A stretch of 64,000 nt of DNA from Oikopleura dioica. Lineage: Eukaryota > Animalia > Chordata. The stretch is from contig OU015568.1 in the NCBI GenBank assembly GCA_907165135.1, forward strand, positions 15,201,208-15,265,207, in the 5' to 3' direction. The notes below the pieces were generated by a model that was not told the origin of the DNA, did not search any database, and worked only from the letters and a program-made list of their open reading frames with translations. The position numbers and the translations under genes were made by a program. Below, one piece after another: positions 1-12,586 of this stretch. Numbering within the stretch: the first letter of the stretch is position 1; each line of letters opens with the position of its first letter.

Positions 1-726
1 AATAATTGAAAAAACTGTTTCTGATATGTTTAACAAGAAATAGTAAAATAGCCATTTCTAGAAAAATTTTATCTGTCGAAAAAACTTCTCTCGTCGTTTT
101 GTGAGCAGCCGCCGCGCTGCCACGCAAAACGCTTCCCCTTGTCCGAGCGGAGGACTCATCTCACGCGAGAAATGGAAGAGCGCCAGATTGAAAACAATCT
201 TTTAACCTTCTCATCGGTTGAGTGGCTTGTAATTAAGTAAAATTATGATATCTCTTATCTTCATGGACGTTCATTCTGTCTAGTAGAAGCATTGAAATTT
301 GTTTATAATTAATGCAAGTACTTTCTCATCATTATGGTCAAGGTAGGATCCTTTTTCGATAATGCTTGTGATGGACGATTTGATGAACATCCAAAAAGAG
401 AATTAGCGAAATTTCATAAATGCGGCTGCTTTCAATTCCATAACCATACGGCCTTTTTTAATCATGATAATCGAGCATGCAGAAACATTGTCTCATTCTT
501 GATTGAAGTGCGTCTCTTGAATATTTAACTTTCCAAACCAACGGCCCTAAGGACACATATCGTCCGATGAGAACCCTTTTATAAAGAGATGAAGTCAGTG
601 AAGGAAACAGCCGGGTATTCAAAAATCAACCAAAATGACAACGAAAGGATTCGTATGAAGATTAAGTCGCTTCTAAGATCGTACCATTATCATTAATCCC
701 TCTTCTATGTCTTCCAAATTAAAACA

Positions 727-1155
727 TTGATTGACGCGGGTAGTCAAATTAGCCTCAGACTATTGAACACTGTAATATCTCCACTAAATCCACAAAATAG
801 AAAAGAGGTGCATTTCGGCCCGCAACGAAAAGCCGAGTTACCAGCAGTTAGCGAGATTTACAAGGCTTCCCTAAAAGCCGGCCTTGCCCCGCTACAGCTC
901 GCCGAGGCTCATGAGCTCTTGATGAAAATGCCCGAGAATGAAGAAGACGTCGACTCAGATATTGGCTTGGATCAGCCACAAGCAAGCCAATGCAAGGCCG
1001 TTGTTATCGCGATCATTGTCATTTGCATTGTTTTTGCAAGCATAGCTTTTAGCGCTTTCATTTCGCTTAGAACAGGTTTGGAAAATAATGTCTTCACTTC
1101 CACAGCCATTATTCAATTCAGGAATCGCGACTATGTCTTCCACATCGCCAACTGA
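727..1155 (+). CDS. Possible single-pass membrane protein (unresolved; start codon and exon structure unclear)
   Basis: 142-codon ORF with an acidic stretch (EEDVDSD) followed by a hydrophobic segment (AVVIAIIVICIVFASIAFSAFISL). No recognised family and no ATG at the ORF start. Confidence 0.25.
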   Translation: MIDAGSQISLRLLNTVISPLNPQNRKEVHFGPQRKAELPAVSEIYKASLKAGLAPLQLAEAHELLMKMPENEEDVDSDIGLDQPQASQCKAVVIAIIVICIVFASIAFSAFISLRTGLENNVFTSTAIIQFRNRDYVFHIAN

Positions 1156-2769
1156 AAATTGCACTGTAGTGTCTGAGAAAAACGAAACTATTTGCTGATG
1201 CCATGTTGCTGTCTAATAATAAATATGTTCCTTAATAAATAATAAGTTATCAGTGCAGCATAAATTATAATAAGCTCATTCCAATATTGTCCTTCCTGTC
1301 TAAAAGTTACTGTTAGAGAGCCATTTCCTTTTCGTAAGATAGAGAGCTTATTTGTTGTTTCTGTCCCTTTTTTGAGACTAGAGAAGAAATGTGAAAATAC
1401 TTGGTACCACTTTGAGTTTAATTATAGTAGACTTAGTACTATGTATTTTGACTTGTGTACCAGGAAGTTTATGCTACAAACTAATTTCATTGTCAGCTAA
1501 TTTTGTATAGGGAGCAAATATTTCTTTACAGGCCTCCGGCCAGAGGAATGCCTATTTTAATGCTTCGAAAATGCTCAAAAGAAAATTCAATTACGAGAGA
1601 AAAGGTTTACAGTTGATGCTGGGCTCGGAAGCCTGTGTTGAAAACCTAACTCAAAGTGAAAACAAAGTATTTCTTAACATTTCTGGATACAGCCCTTTTA
1701 CGAGAATAAAGATGAATCAACCAACTTTTCACATGGAGAATCGAAGAGAGAAGTTTTGTATCATCATAGGAACACTGCTCGAAAGAATCGCCAGTAGTTA
1801 CAGTAGCATTCATTAGAAGAGAGGAAGCTTTCAGAGCAGTTCTAGTCGTCATTCTCGTCATATTCATTTTCTACATTTTATACCTCGAACATGCAGATGC
1901 AGTCATGGGGAGAAAGCTGGAAGATGAAGGGCCAGGACTCAACTATGGTAAGAAGAAAAACGTCTGTGTTAATCGGTTTCAGGAAAATTCTCATCAAGGA
2001 GCTGGAAATCATCATCTAAAGAAGATTGAGATCTCGTATTCAGAGCACCAACGAATTCAAGGGAGGTTGCCTTATTTTGATGAACTTTTCAATTTTCAAT
2101 AATTGAATAACAAAGTCGATATTTACCGATGCGTTTAAAATTAAGGGCACCCGCTAAAGACCGCATCAACAATTTAAACATAAGCGAGACATGAAAATTG
2201 CGTTTGATTCAATCATTTCAATTACTGTTACTATGTATCAAATGACGAAAAATTCCGAGTGATACTTCTTACACAACTTGCTGCCTCTTACTGCTCATTT
2301 GATTTGGGAATAAATATAATTTGATGATTTATCTAATTCTAGTGCGTGGCGTCCCCTCCAAAGACAGAGACAAAAGGCCAAGTGTCCTAGCGATTCCCTG
2401 AGGGCTCTTTTCGATTGGTCGAATAGAACTTGTATAAAAATTTGACATGGAGGAGTTCTAGAGACATATAAAACTTGTGCAAATAGAAAATGAATGTGCG
2501 ACAACAAGTGAAACGTGATTTGGCACTAGAAAAAAATCGATGGCGATTTTTTACAGACTCGGCTCAAAGGGCCCACGCGAGTGAGCGAGCGCCCCGCTAC
2601 CACACCGCGTTTTTACCACACCGGGCGCCACATGAGTACCGCACCTACCGATCCGCCGCATCGAGACTTCGGCTCGAGATTGCTCCGGATTGGTTGGTTT
2701 TTATTTCCCTTTTTTCGAAGAGAAAATTTGTCAATTTTTTAATGTTCAAAGAAACTCGTTGAAATAATC

Positions 2770-5700
2770 ATGGATTCTGATGATGACACGCCCCTAGGAT
2801 TGGTCGAAAAGAAAAATGCTCAAAACGTGTGGGCACGAAATTTCTTGAATAGTAGATTTTTGATTGGCTCATCAATTTCTCAACACTCCCGATTTTCTAG
2901 TTTCACACCGAATTCTCATTGCGTGCCTAAGATTTACCCCCGGGCCAGATTTTTGTTTGCTCAAGAGAAAAAATAGCGATCGATGAATATCATTTCTGAC
3001 CAAAAAAAGATTCCCTCCTCAACCGAAAACCTAAAGCACAGTCACAGCCAAAGTCCCTTTTCACACGATGGCAATCAATCACCGACAAAGTTTACGCGAT
3101 CAAAGTTCAAAATACAACTCAATCCGAGCTTACCCCAGCTAATCGTGCTTTACTTGAAGGTATTTTCCTCTTTTTTGGTTTTCGCTAACTTTGTTTTTTT
3201 TTAGAAAATCTGGAGTATGACGAATCCAAATATTTTGTCAGTTTGACAAATGTCATCCTAGTCCAGCTCGTCGAAAAGCCAAAAGAAAAGAGTGAGTGCG
3301 ACGAAAACAAAGAGAATCAGCCAGTGGCCACCCAGAATGGCGAGAACAGTGAAGCTCCAGAAAACACCGTAGAAGAAAATGGAATTCATGAAAACGGAAT
3401 CCAGGAAATCGAAGATTCAGATGACGAAGAGAATAAGAAAGATTATGTTGAAGAATGCGACGATGATAGTGACGAAGACAACTTCGTTTTCGGCGAAATC
3501 GAAACAGTCACAACTGAAACTTTTAATAAATTCGTAAATGATTCTGAATTGACTGTCAAACGCGTTGTGGATGATACGAATGAAACGAGAAGTGTTGGAG
3601 GAAAATCAAAATCAGCTTCTGAGCGATCAACGCCAGTGATAACACACGAGGAAAACGGCATTACAACTATCGACAGCTCGGACGATGAAGACTCCAACCA
3701 AAAGAAGACCAACGAAGACAGGCCCGTGCTACTGAAAAGCGAGCACGACAGTAATGTTTCGAGCCCCTTGCTGTTGAGTGAGAAAGAAAACTCCGACCTC
3801 GTCGCCGCTTGCGAAAAAGTTGCTGGGAACAAAGAGAAACGAGCGGAAACACCATTCGATAGCAGTAAGCCAGATTCAGCACAAGAAGAAAGCGATGATG
3901 ATTTGATCGAAGTTGTTCAAACCAGGCAGCCGGAAATCGACACGTTTTGGTGCATCGAAAACGGGAAAATCTACGCGTCCAAAGCTGTTCCTCCTTCTTT
4001 CCAGCTAAAGTCGAGCCCTCCCAATCCCGATGTCGACCTAAGCGTTGGCGGTTTGTACTACAAGATCTACGCGGCCATCCAAGAGCGTCGCCAAGCCCAG
4101 GAATACAGAATCAAGCCAATTTACATCGCTCATCGACGGCTTTACCTCGCTGCTGATCAGAAAAACTACTCAACTACGATTGCCTTCATGGAGGCTGCGA
4201 AAGAAGCTTACCTTGACAAACTGGTTGATGAAGATATCGACCTGAGCGCCAATACTTTCTGTCGCGATTGTTTCCGTGTCTTTCCTACCGGCTTCGATCT
4301 TCAAGTCCACCGCGAACTCGTTCACAGTGTTCAGCACGCAGCTACTTGCCGCGTTTGCGAGTTCAACTTTGGCCAGCCCGCGACGTTACTAAAGCACATG
4401 GCCGCCGTTCACTCCAAGAAGCCGACCAGCCATCAGCCCGGACTGAGGGAAGTAATGGGAGCTTACAAATGTCACGTGTGCAAGTTCTGCTCCCCTTTGT
4501 ATTCTGAATTGATTCGCCACTTCAAGGAGTACCATTCTAAATCCGGCTGGCTTTTGTGTCCCTTCTGCATTCGCTGCTTCTCCAGCGACGTCCAGTATGA
4601 AAATCATCTACAAGTGCATATCAACAAGGCGAAGTTCTACAGATGTCAAAGTTGCCGGCTTGTCTTTGAATCAGAGCAAACTCGATCGCGGCACGAAATG
4701 GAAATGCATGGTAGAGAGAAGTGGATGCAGGTAGAGCCTAATCCACATGTTCCGATTGGAACAAAAGTTTGGGTTAGAGGAGAGCCCGATTGTCGATCAA
4801 AATTGGTTGATACGGAAGGTCTGGAAGATAACCAAGCTGTGCGGGCCTTGTGCCTTCGAGATTGCAGTAAAGAAAGCAGCAAGCAGAATATCTCTGGCGG
4901 AAAGAGAAAAGCACTTCCTAAGGGAGTCGAGAAACTCGTACCGAAACATCTCGTTGTGGCGAAAAAGGCATTCAGAGAAGAAGTCTTGTCGACGAAAAGA
5001 AGGTCGCAGGCTGTCTTAACGACGACGGAGAAGTCGGACGAAGAAATCGTCCGGAAAGAAATTGAGAAAAATGATAAAATAAAGTTGATCCCGGTTGAAG
5101 AAGGTGGACAGGGATGGAAAGTCCCCCAGCCCAACAGGAATAATTTCCCGCACATGATGAGCGAACTATTTTATTTCTGCTCTGAAGCAACTGATGAGAC
5201 ACCTGCATTTCCATTGATGCCTTCAATGGAAGAGACCAACGCGATCAAAGTAGAAATTCTGGCAGAAGAAGAGAAAATGGACGCGACAGGCGAATCGGAT
5301 GAATCTCCAGTCAATCAATTCGAGGGAAGCGGTTTCGCAGACGTCAAGACCGATCCGATGTTCTCGCTTTCAGATGTGAAGAAAGAAAAGTCGATTTTCG
5401 ACATTGAACAAGAAAACGAGATACTGAAGAAACAAGGCGTCAGAGATACAGCTCTCGAAGACATAAATATGGACGGAAAATATCACGAATGCGTTGAGTG
5501 CAAGACAAAATTCGCTTCCGGAGCAGAGCTGATAGCTCATTTTCTCCTCAAGCCGATAAAGACAGCCGCCGGTTCTTGGGATACGCACTGCCCTGTGCTC
5601 GGTGCTGATCGAAAAAGTGAGCAGTCTAAAGGTGTTTTCAAAGTCTTACTGAAACTTTTTCTAGGTTTGGAATTACGTGAAGACGCCCCCTCAATGCTAA

Positions 5701-7295
5701 AATACTTGACGGCGGCCTTGGAGCCAGTTTGGAACAACGAACCACGAAATGACATCAAGAAGAGTTACCCCGAAGGGATCCTCTGCTCGTGTGGTTTTCA
5801 CGACAAAGACTACACGGATGCAACAGCAGTAGTCAAGCACATCCAGCGCTATCCAAAACACACCTTGATCGTAAGCGACGATATCTTTCTCCGTCAATCA
5901 TTTGCCTATTTTTAGATCCCGGAAAGTCAGGCTCACAAGGATTCTATCTTTGAAAACCAGCAAAGAAAACGGCTGAAGCAAATGATCCAAGGTAAAAATC
6001 TGAATTTCCTTGACCAATTGTAAACTTTCTCTTTCAGCACATGCTACGAAAAATCAACTCGTTGCCGATCTTGATCTGTCTATAACAGACAAACTAACGA
6101 TGAAGCAGAAGTATCTCGAGGATCAAGACGACATGGAGGAGCTCATGGAAACTCTGCCTGAAGAAATGAAAAAACTTCAGGGAACGATTCAGTTCAAAAG
6201 GAGAGTTGACAAGTCGACTTTGGAAGACAGGCCGTTGCATAAAGAGGAGAGGAGTATTGTCCTTGCCGCGGACGGTCCTAACTTAGAGTCCGTCATTCAA
6301 TCGAGACTGGTAAATCTTCTTTTATTTACAATTTCATAAAATGCTTATTTTTCAAGGTATCATCCGTGAAAATTCCGAGAAAGCTCGACCGCTCTATCCA
6401 ATCTATTTTCAAGAAGAGAGTCTCGGACATCGAGACGCAGAAACAACTTGAGGCCCAGCAGAAAAAACTCGCTCAGAGCCAAAGCACCCAAAAACTCGCG
6501 CTCGGGTTGCAGAATCATGCTCCTATCAAGCCAAATTATCTGCCTGTCGGTAGGCCGGCGAAGACTGTTTCATACACGCCTGTTTCGCAGGAGTATATTC
6601 TGCAGCATAGTTCTAGCAGAAGCAATGCGGTAACGAATGTGACGCAAACCTACAGAACAGTGAACAGCTACCAAAACAGCACCACTTCAACGAATTCTGC
6701 TCAAAGGGTCGAGTTTACTCAACTCAACAGACCGCCGAGTCAACAGAAAAGCTACAACTACACTCCATCCAATTACAGTAGAAATCAGAGCCCAGTGAAT
6801 CAGAGATCCCCTATCAACCAGAATACAGGTCCCAAAGCAAGAGCGGAAACCCTCTGCGGCAGATTGCCAAGAAGTGCTACAACACATCGTGGCCCGGTAA
6901 CGCCAGCAGATTGTAAATTTCCCATGGTTTCTCATAAATGCATTCACGTCGAGATTATTCCTTCTGACGATGCCAAGAGTAAGGTCAAGCTTCTTATCCT
7001 ATATTTATGATTACTTTAGAATTTGCAAACATAGACCAGTACGAAATCATGTTCAAAGGAAAGAAGCAACCCAACATCTACAAAGTTCGGCCAAGCATCA
7101 AAGTCGTGAAGCTGATCGGTCTCCAGTCGGATACGCTGTATGAAATTAAAGTTTATGCCACTCGACATGGAGGTATCAAACTTCAAACTGTCTCTTGAAA
7201 TTACTTTGTATTTAGTTCGTTCGCCGCCGCTTATCAGAAACGTTCGAACGCCGAAAAAGCCCAGAGGTGATTACTTGCAAGCGCTAATTTCTTAA
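2770..7295 (+). CDS. POGZ-like: POGZ/ZNF280-like C2H2 zinc-finger cluster protein with an HPZ-like motif and a C-terminal fibronectin type III domain (6 exons)
   Basis: YKCHVCKFCSPLYSELIRHFKEYHSKSGWLLCPFC...CQSCRLVF and VPIGTKVWVRG resemble the POGZ/ZNF280 finger cluster. LCSCGF...AVVKHIQRYPKH resembles the HPZ motif. GT-AG introns near 5871-5915, 5992-6037, 6310-6356, 6977-7019 and 7172-7215 keep frame into an FN3 domain (…GLQSDTLYEIKVYATRHGVRSPP). The first intron, 2798-3204, is GA-AG. Confidence 0.8.
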
Positions 7296-7871
7296 TAATT
7301 TATTTATGATTCGTTTGTTATCCGATCTACCGATCGATAAAAGATTCTAAAAAGAGAGAAACTACCTCAATTCCTGTGGGAAGAAAAAATAACGCGTATT
7401 TTGAAGAGAAAATCATAACATTTGATATTTAGGTGTTGTTGCCTCGGGCGAAATCATCGAGCTGGATTAGGTTGTCATGAAAAGCCTTCAGTCTTTCCTA
7501 TTTAAATTCTGATACTCCCGTATTGCTTACTATACTCTTTTCTTGCCAATTTACAGAGAAATCTAAGAATAGTAGTATTTATCTACATTTAAACTAGTTG
7601 ATGGTCATTAAAATGGCCATCTAGCGCCTTGTTTCATTTTTGTCAATTCTGTATTTTAAATTATTCTTTCTTGTAAAAATTATTTAAAATTTAAACATTT
7701 AAGTTTATTCTAGTTATTTCACCATTTATCATTTACCACTGCCATGTTAATTAAAAACATTGCTCAAAATACAAAATCAGAAAGGATGTTTTGTCTATTG
7801 TTTTCTTCTTTTAGAGTGTTGAGAGAAAAAAAGCGCTATTCAAGAAGAGGTTTGTTCAAAATAAAAGAAAA

Positions 7872-8591
7872 ATGTCGACCTCACTTGAAGCGAGCAAAGT
7901 ATTCCTCCTCTCGCTGCCCCAAGAGCTGACGCAAATCCGCGAGAAACTTCAAGAGCAAGAGCGCGAGCTCAAACAAATTGTCGAAAACCTATCGCTGAAT
8001 ACTTCCCTGAACAACTCAAGTCCTAATCTATCGAAGAATGAAATTTCTCTCATCAAGGTTTCTTTCACTCCATCCATCTATTCCCACTCATGATCCTTTT
8101 TGCAGGAAAAATCCGAAAACTGCCGCGTGGTTGACATTGGTGCCCCCAAACTGCGCCCAATGAAGAAGCCAGAAGACATCAAGATATCCCCCAAGAAGAA
8201 GATCAATTCTCAAAGTACACAAAAGCCGAAGATGTATGAAACATCAACAAAGTCGCATCCCGCCCCACCTCCTCCATCCTCAGTAATGCGTGAGAACTCA
8301 GTGAAGAAATACTCAATTAAAAAGCGAAATGACGGAGGAGTCTATGTCGAAACCAAATATCTGCACAATGTACTGAGATCTTTCAAAAGTACCATCAAAA
8401 AATCAATTTCAGAACGGGTCCAGCGGATCCAACGAAAACTCGCCCCGAAACTTCCGTCCTCCCAATCGCGTACCTTCTTCGAAACTGTCGCAAGGCCAAG
8501 TGCAAAAAGAAGATATCACCGAGCGAAAATGCCCCGTGTGCTCTTACTACTTCCCAAACCTATCTGTTCAAGAGTTTCAAGAGCACGTTGA
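7872..8591 (+). CDS. Uncharacterised protein with an N-terminal coiled coil and a basic/Ser-Pro-rich C-terminus (2 exons)
   Basis: ORF 7872 (LTQIREKLQEQERELKQIVE) splices in frame (AAG|gtttct...ttttgcag|GAA) into ORF 8100..8591. Confidence 0.55.
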
Positions 8592-8763
8592 AACTCACTT
8601 CGAAGATGATCCCACCGATTTCTTCGAGTTGACACATGTTGAATGATTTTCCTTCCAATCTCTTCCATTTTCTTCTGTTTGATTCTCTTTGAAATTTCAA
8701 TTCCTTGAACAATTCTTAATTTCACGATTTGGAGCGTCTCGCTGATAGTTTATTTCGTAGAAG

Positions 8764-9588
8764 ATGAAATTGTTATCGTTGTTGTTCCCTCTTTCGATGG
8801 GAATGTATTTCCACATGCCTCCTGGCCACAAAAAGTGTATCAAGGAAGAGATTCACAAGGACGTCGTCGTTACTGGTGAATTTGAGGCGAAAGAATCCCC
8901 CGGCCACAGGGTTAGTTATCGCTAATTCGAACGCCTCCCCATTTATTTATTCGATTTTCAGGTCGACCTGAAAGTTACTGATTCGAAAGACCACATTCTC
9001 TACCAAAAAGAAAACGCCGAAAATGGCAAATTCGCCTTCACTACCGACGATCAAGATCTTTTCGAAGTCTGCTTCACTTCTGTTCGACTAGGCGGCTTCT
9101 CTAATGGTAAAAATACGATCGTTCATGCATCATTATCGACATTTTTTAGATCCCAAATCGCACGAAATCAAGCTTGTGATCAAGAAAGGCGTTGAAGCAA
9201 AAAGCTACGATGAACAGGTAATTCCGGCGGTTCCGTTTAATTACTGATTTTACGGAATTGTCTAGGCGAAGACTGAGAAATTGAAGCCACTCGAGGTCGA
9301 GCTGAGAAGACTTGAGGATCTGTCCGAGTCTATTGTCAACGGTAAGATTTCAGCCCAAGCTCCTTTTTGACATATGGGCTGCGTGAAAATCAATGTTGAT
9401 TACCGTTTTCGTCTTCAGATTTCCAGTACATGAAGACCCGGGAAGAGCAAATGCGAGACACCAACGAATCTACGAACTCACGAGTCCTCTACTTTTCCAT
9501 CTTTTCCATGTGCTGCCTCATCGGCCTCGCAACCTGGCAAGTTCTTTACCTTCGAAAGTTCTTCCAATCGAAGAAGCTCATCGATTAA
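8764..9588 (+). CDS. TMED10: p24-delta / TMP21 cargo receptor
   Basis: Signal peptide, GOLD domain ([18 protein letters not shown]; [16 protein letters not shown]), [40 protein letters not shown] and a dilysine tail [11 protein letters not shown]. Short GT-AG introns join these exons. Confidence 0.96.
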
Positions 9589-10016
9589 CCAACGAAAACC
9601 AACTCTGTCATGTCATCTCTACCCTGTGCTATTTTGGGCTGGTTAGAAAATTTTTAGAAAAAGAAACTACTGCTGCGAGTTCCAAAATCGTCATAACTCG
9701 TGCAAATATTGTGCAATACCGTATACTAAACAAAACTATTTCTGAATTATTGCTTATATAGGATATTATTTCTTGCATCAATAAATAGACGTCCGTTCAA
9801 AAGTTCTTTTTGTGAGAAGTTTTTGCTTTCCACAAATGTTTGTTTCGTATCTTTTTCTGTTGTTTTTTATTTATTTATCAATAGTGGTGTTTGAAAAAGA
9901 TGGCAGAAGGCATGAAGGTGTCTTTTTGAAGTACAAAGAGTAGCGTCTATAATCGGTTATTAAATAATCGTACATGTGAGTAAGCAAGTGAGGAAACGAG
10001 TCTCCGTGTGGATAAG

Positions 10017-11546
10017 CTAGGCTTGTGCTGGAATGAACTGGACCTCGGCAGAGTCATCGGCTTTGCAGAGAGTTTTCGGAGCAGTCCAGGGGGTGTAGCC
10101 GCTGAGGAAGGCTTCGGCGTATCGATCTTCCCAGTCAGGCAGTCCGTCGTCCTTATTTGGCATTGGAAAGCACTTCTTCCGCCTCAAGCTCCTTTCGATC
10201 AGCTCCCGGTCAACGCCAACAAGATTACCTAGAATCGATTGAAAACGGGAAATGGGCAAATCTGAATTACCTTGAACTTCAGCCGACCAGAGGGAACCGT
10301 TGTCGCGGAAAGGGTCTTTCCATTTGATCCAAATTCGCAGCTCAGATTCGGGCTTCAGGACCCACTTCTCTTTGATCACCACTCTTTCACCAACCCTTCT
10401 TCGGCTCTTGGTTTTCTCCCATTCGAGGCAGAGGCCACCGACGTGCTAAAAAAAGTTCGTTATCGTATACTTGTTTAATTGGCGTTAATTGTTATAATAA
10501 CAAAATTAGCGATAAGATTATCTCACCTCGACCTCCCATTCTCTATCGGGGTCGTTGTAGCTTTGATCTGAAGTAGACGCTTCCTCTTCCTGAATCGCCT
10601 TGGCAGCTTTTTCATTTCTTCTTCGCTTCGAGAGGATAGAAGGATCATTCATGAAGCCCTTGGTGGTAGTCTTTCCAGTCTTTTGCTTCTTTTTTGAAGG
10701 CTTCTGATCATCTTCGGCGGCGCGTTTCTTCTGCTGAGTTCGGCGATCCTTTGCTCTAGGATTGATGACCTCGACGGGTTGAGGTTCTGCTTGCATTCGG
10801 ACGGCTTTTATCGAATTACGCTTCGCGGATTTTGGTCGTTTGGCGGAGCGTGGCGCGTCCGAGGTGTTAAAAATAGGAGTAGCCGCTGATGTTGAAGGCT
10901 CATTGATTGATGCATTCCTTTCGGCTACCGGAGTTTCGTTCCCAGCGAATTTGACCGTCTTTTCTTCCTTCTCTCGAGATGTCTTATTCTTCTGAATTAT
11001 TCGTTATCTTTACTGGATGAATAGTCGACTTACCGTCAATTTTGGCTTCGGTAACACAGAAGCAGGTTTTGGAGAAGCGGACGTCCGTCTTGTCTCATCA
11101 GTTTTCTTGTCTGTCTTTGAAGATTTTGTAGCCTGAGAACAATCGTAACATTCGGTTTATTGACACAAATTATTACCTTTTTAGCTGCTGGAGTTGTTTC
11201 GGCGTCTTCTTGGAGAAGAGCTTGAGCCTTGAAAAAAAAATAAAAAGCTTGCTTTGGTAGACAAACTTACCATTCCATAGAGTCTCCTAGCGCCAGTTGC
11301 GAAAGAGACGTCATTAAGAACTCCATTCAGGGTGGAAGTTGTTGATTGCTCTCTTGGGATGGGGGTTGTTGAGCGAGAAGGTCCTGGAGAATCGTCGACG
11401 GTCAGATCAATGACTGGCTCCTTCTTGACAATGGGTGCTCGGTCGTATGTTGGTTTTAGCGGAGCATTGTCTTTCGGTGGTTCTGTGACTGCTTTACGAA
11501 GCATCTTCGTCACACATTTGTTCCCGGTTTTCCTCGCTTTTGGCAT
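10017..11546 (-). CDS. Basic low-complexity nuclear protein with a divergent C-terminal chromodomain-like region (multi-exon)
   Basis: ORFs 11181..11546, 10518..10796 and 10017..10382 are linked by GT-AG junctions. The spliced sequence reads REWEVE|HVGGLCLEW...ELRIWIKWKDPFRDNGSLWSAE, which follows the chromo pattern (W/Y)EVE...(W/Y)xxKW...W. Confidence 0.6.
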
Positions 11547-12586
11547 CTCTGAAGTTCTCTTATCAAAAACTATTTCCGTTTATGACAGATTATGTGGTAA
11601 TGATTCTGTCGAGCTGGAGCGGCTGCTTTTATAGTAGAATGGGTGCTCGCGAGCGCCATCCTTTGATTTCCGATGGCGCTGATTTTAAAATAACTAGTGT
11701 GGGCGTGATTATTCATCTCTGATTTCGAAATTTTAAAATTATGCCTCGACGAAAATTCGATCAAATTTGCTTACCTTCTCGATTTTTCTATTGCAAAATA
11801 TTCTAAAATTCTAAAAATAGTTCGTACCTGAGTCCTTGAATGAGTAGTCTGAGAATCGATAAATGCGATAGTGGGCAAGGTTGAGCGCACTGGCTCCCCC
11901 ATTTTCCCTTCTGACTTTCCCTTTCTCATGAACCTAGCTGCATGGAGCGAATAACAACCGTGCATACAAATGACTCATCCATTCCAAATGATTCATAGTG
12001 GCTATTCATCAAACCTTATGCATATTGATTGGGTATCAGTTACTGAATCTGCTCACGTGAGGTGTGAAACGAAATTCATAACCGGAAAAATCATAACCTG
12101 ATCTATCATTTATTGGTTCGTTATTAGTTTTCGGTCATTTTTATTGCAAAAGAGATGCAGGATCAGAGATGTGCCTCGATCAAGTCAAACAGAAACTGAT
12201 ACGATTCTTGACACCCTTGTTCAATCAGAAAGAATCGCGACCGGATAATGCTTCAATTAGTCTTGCTGGGATCTGTTTGCTGGCCAAACTTGTTATGAAA
12301 TCCGGTATTGTTTTTACTGTCAAAGTTTATTAATGACGTCAGTAAGATTCTATCAGTGGAATATTCAAATCTGCCCTTGGAAATAATGAGCAATAAATAC
12401 TTGGTGGTGCAGTCAGGATAGCCCGCGGCCGAGTCCACTCACTTTTTTCTCCACCAAAGCCACAAGCAGCTGAATTCGCATACACTGCACGAGAATCCTT
12501 CAAATCAACTATGCAAAAGTTAGATGAGATTTTTCCATTGTAATTGAAGTGTTTCTCGTACTCAGTAGAACTGAGCCAGTGAAATT

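Noticed and set aside
1-2760. Several 60-90 aa ORFs on both strands (334, 955, 1571, 1646, 1905, 2295, 2490)
   Set aside because: No motifs, no consistent splice chains and mostly non-ATG starts; compatible with chance ORFs or decayed sequence.
3443-5897. Antisense or alternative-frame ORFs inside the POGZ-like exon, and similar ones inside the PDZ, AP3B, C2CD3 and p53-like exons
   Set aside because: These are shadow ORFs produced by the codon bias of the real gene.
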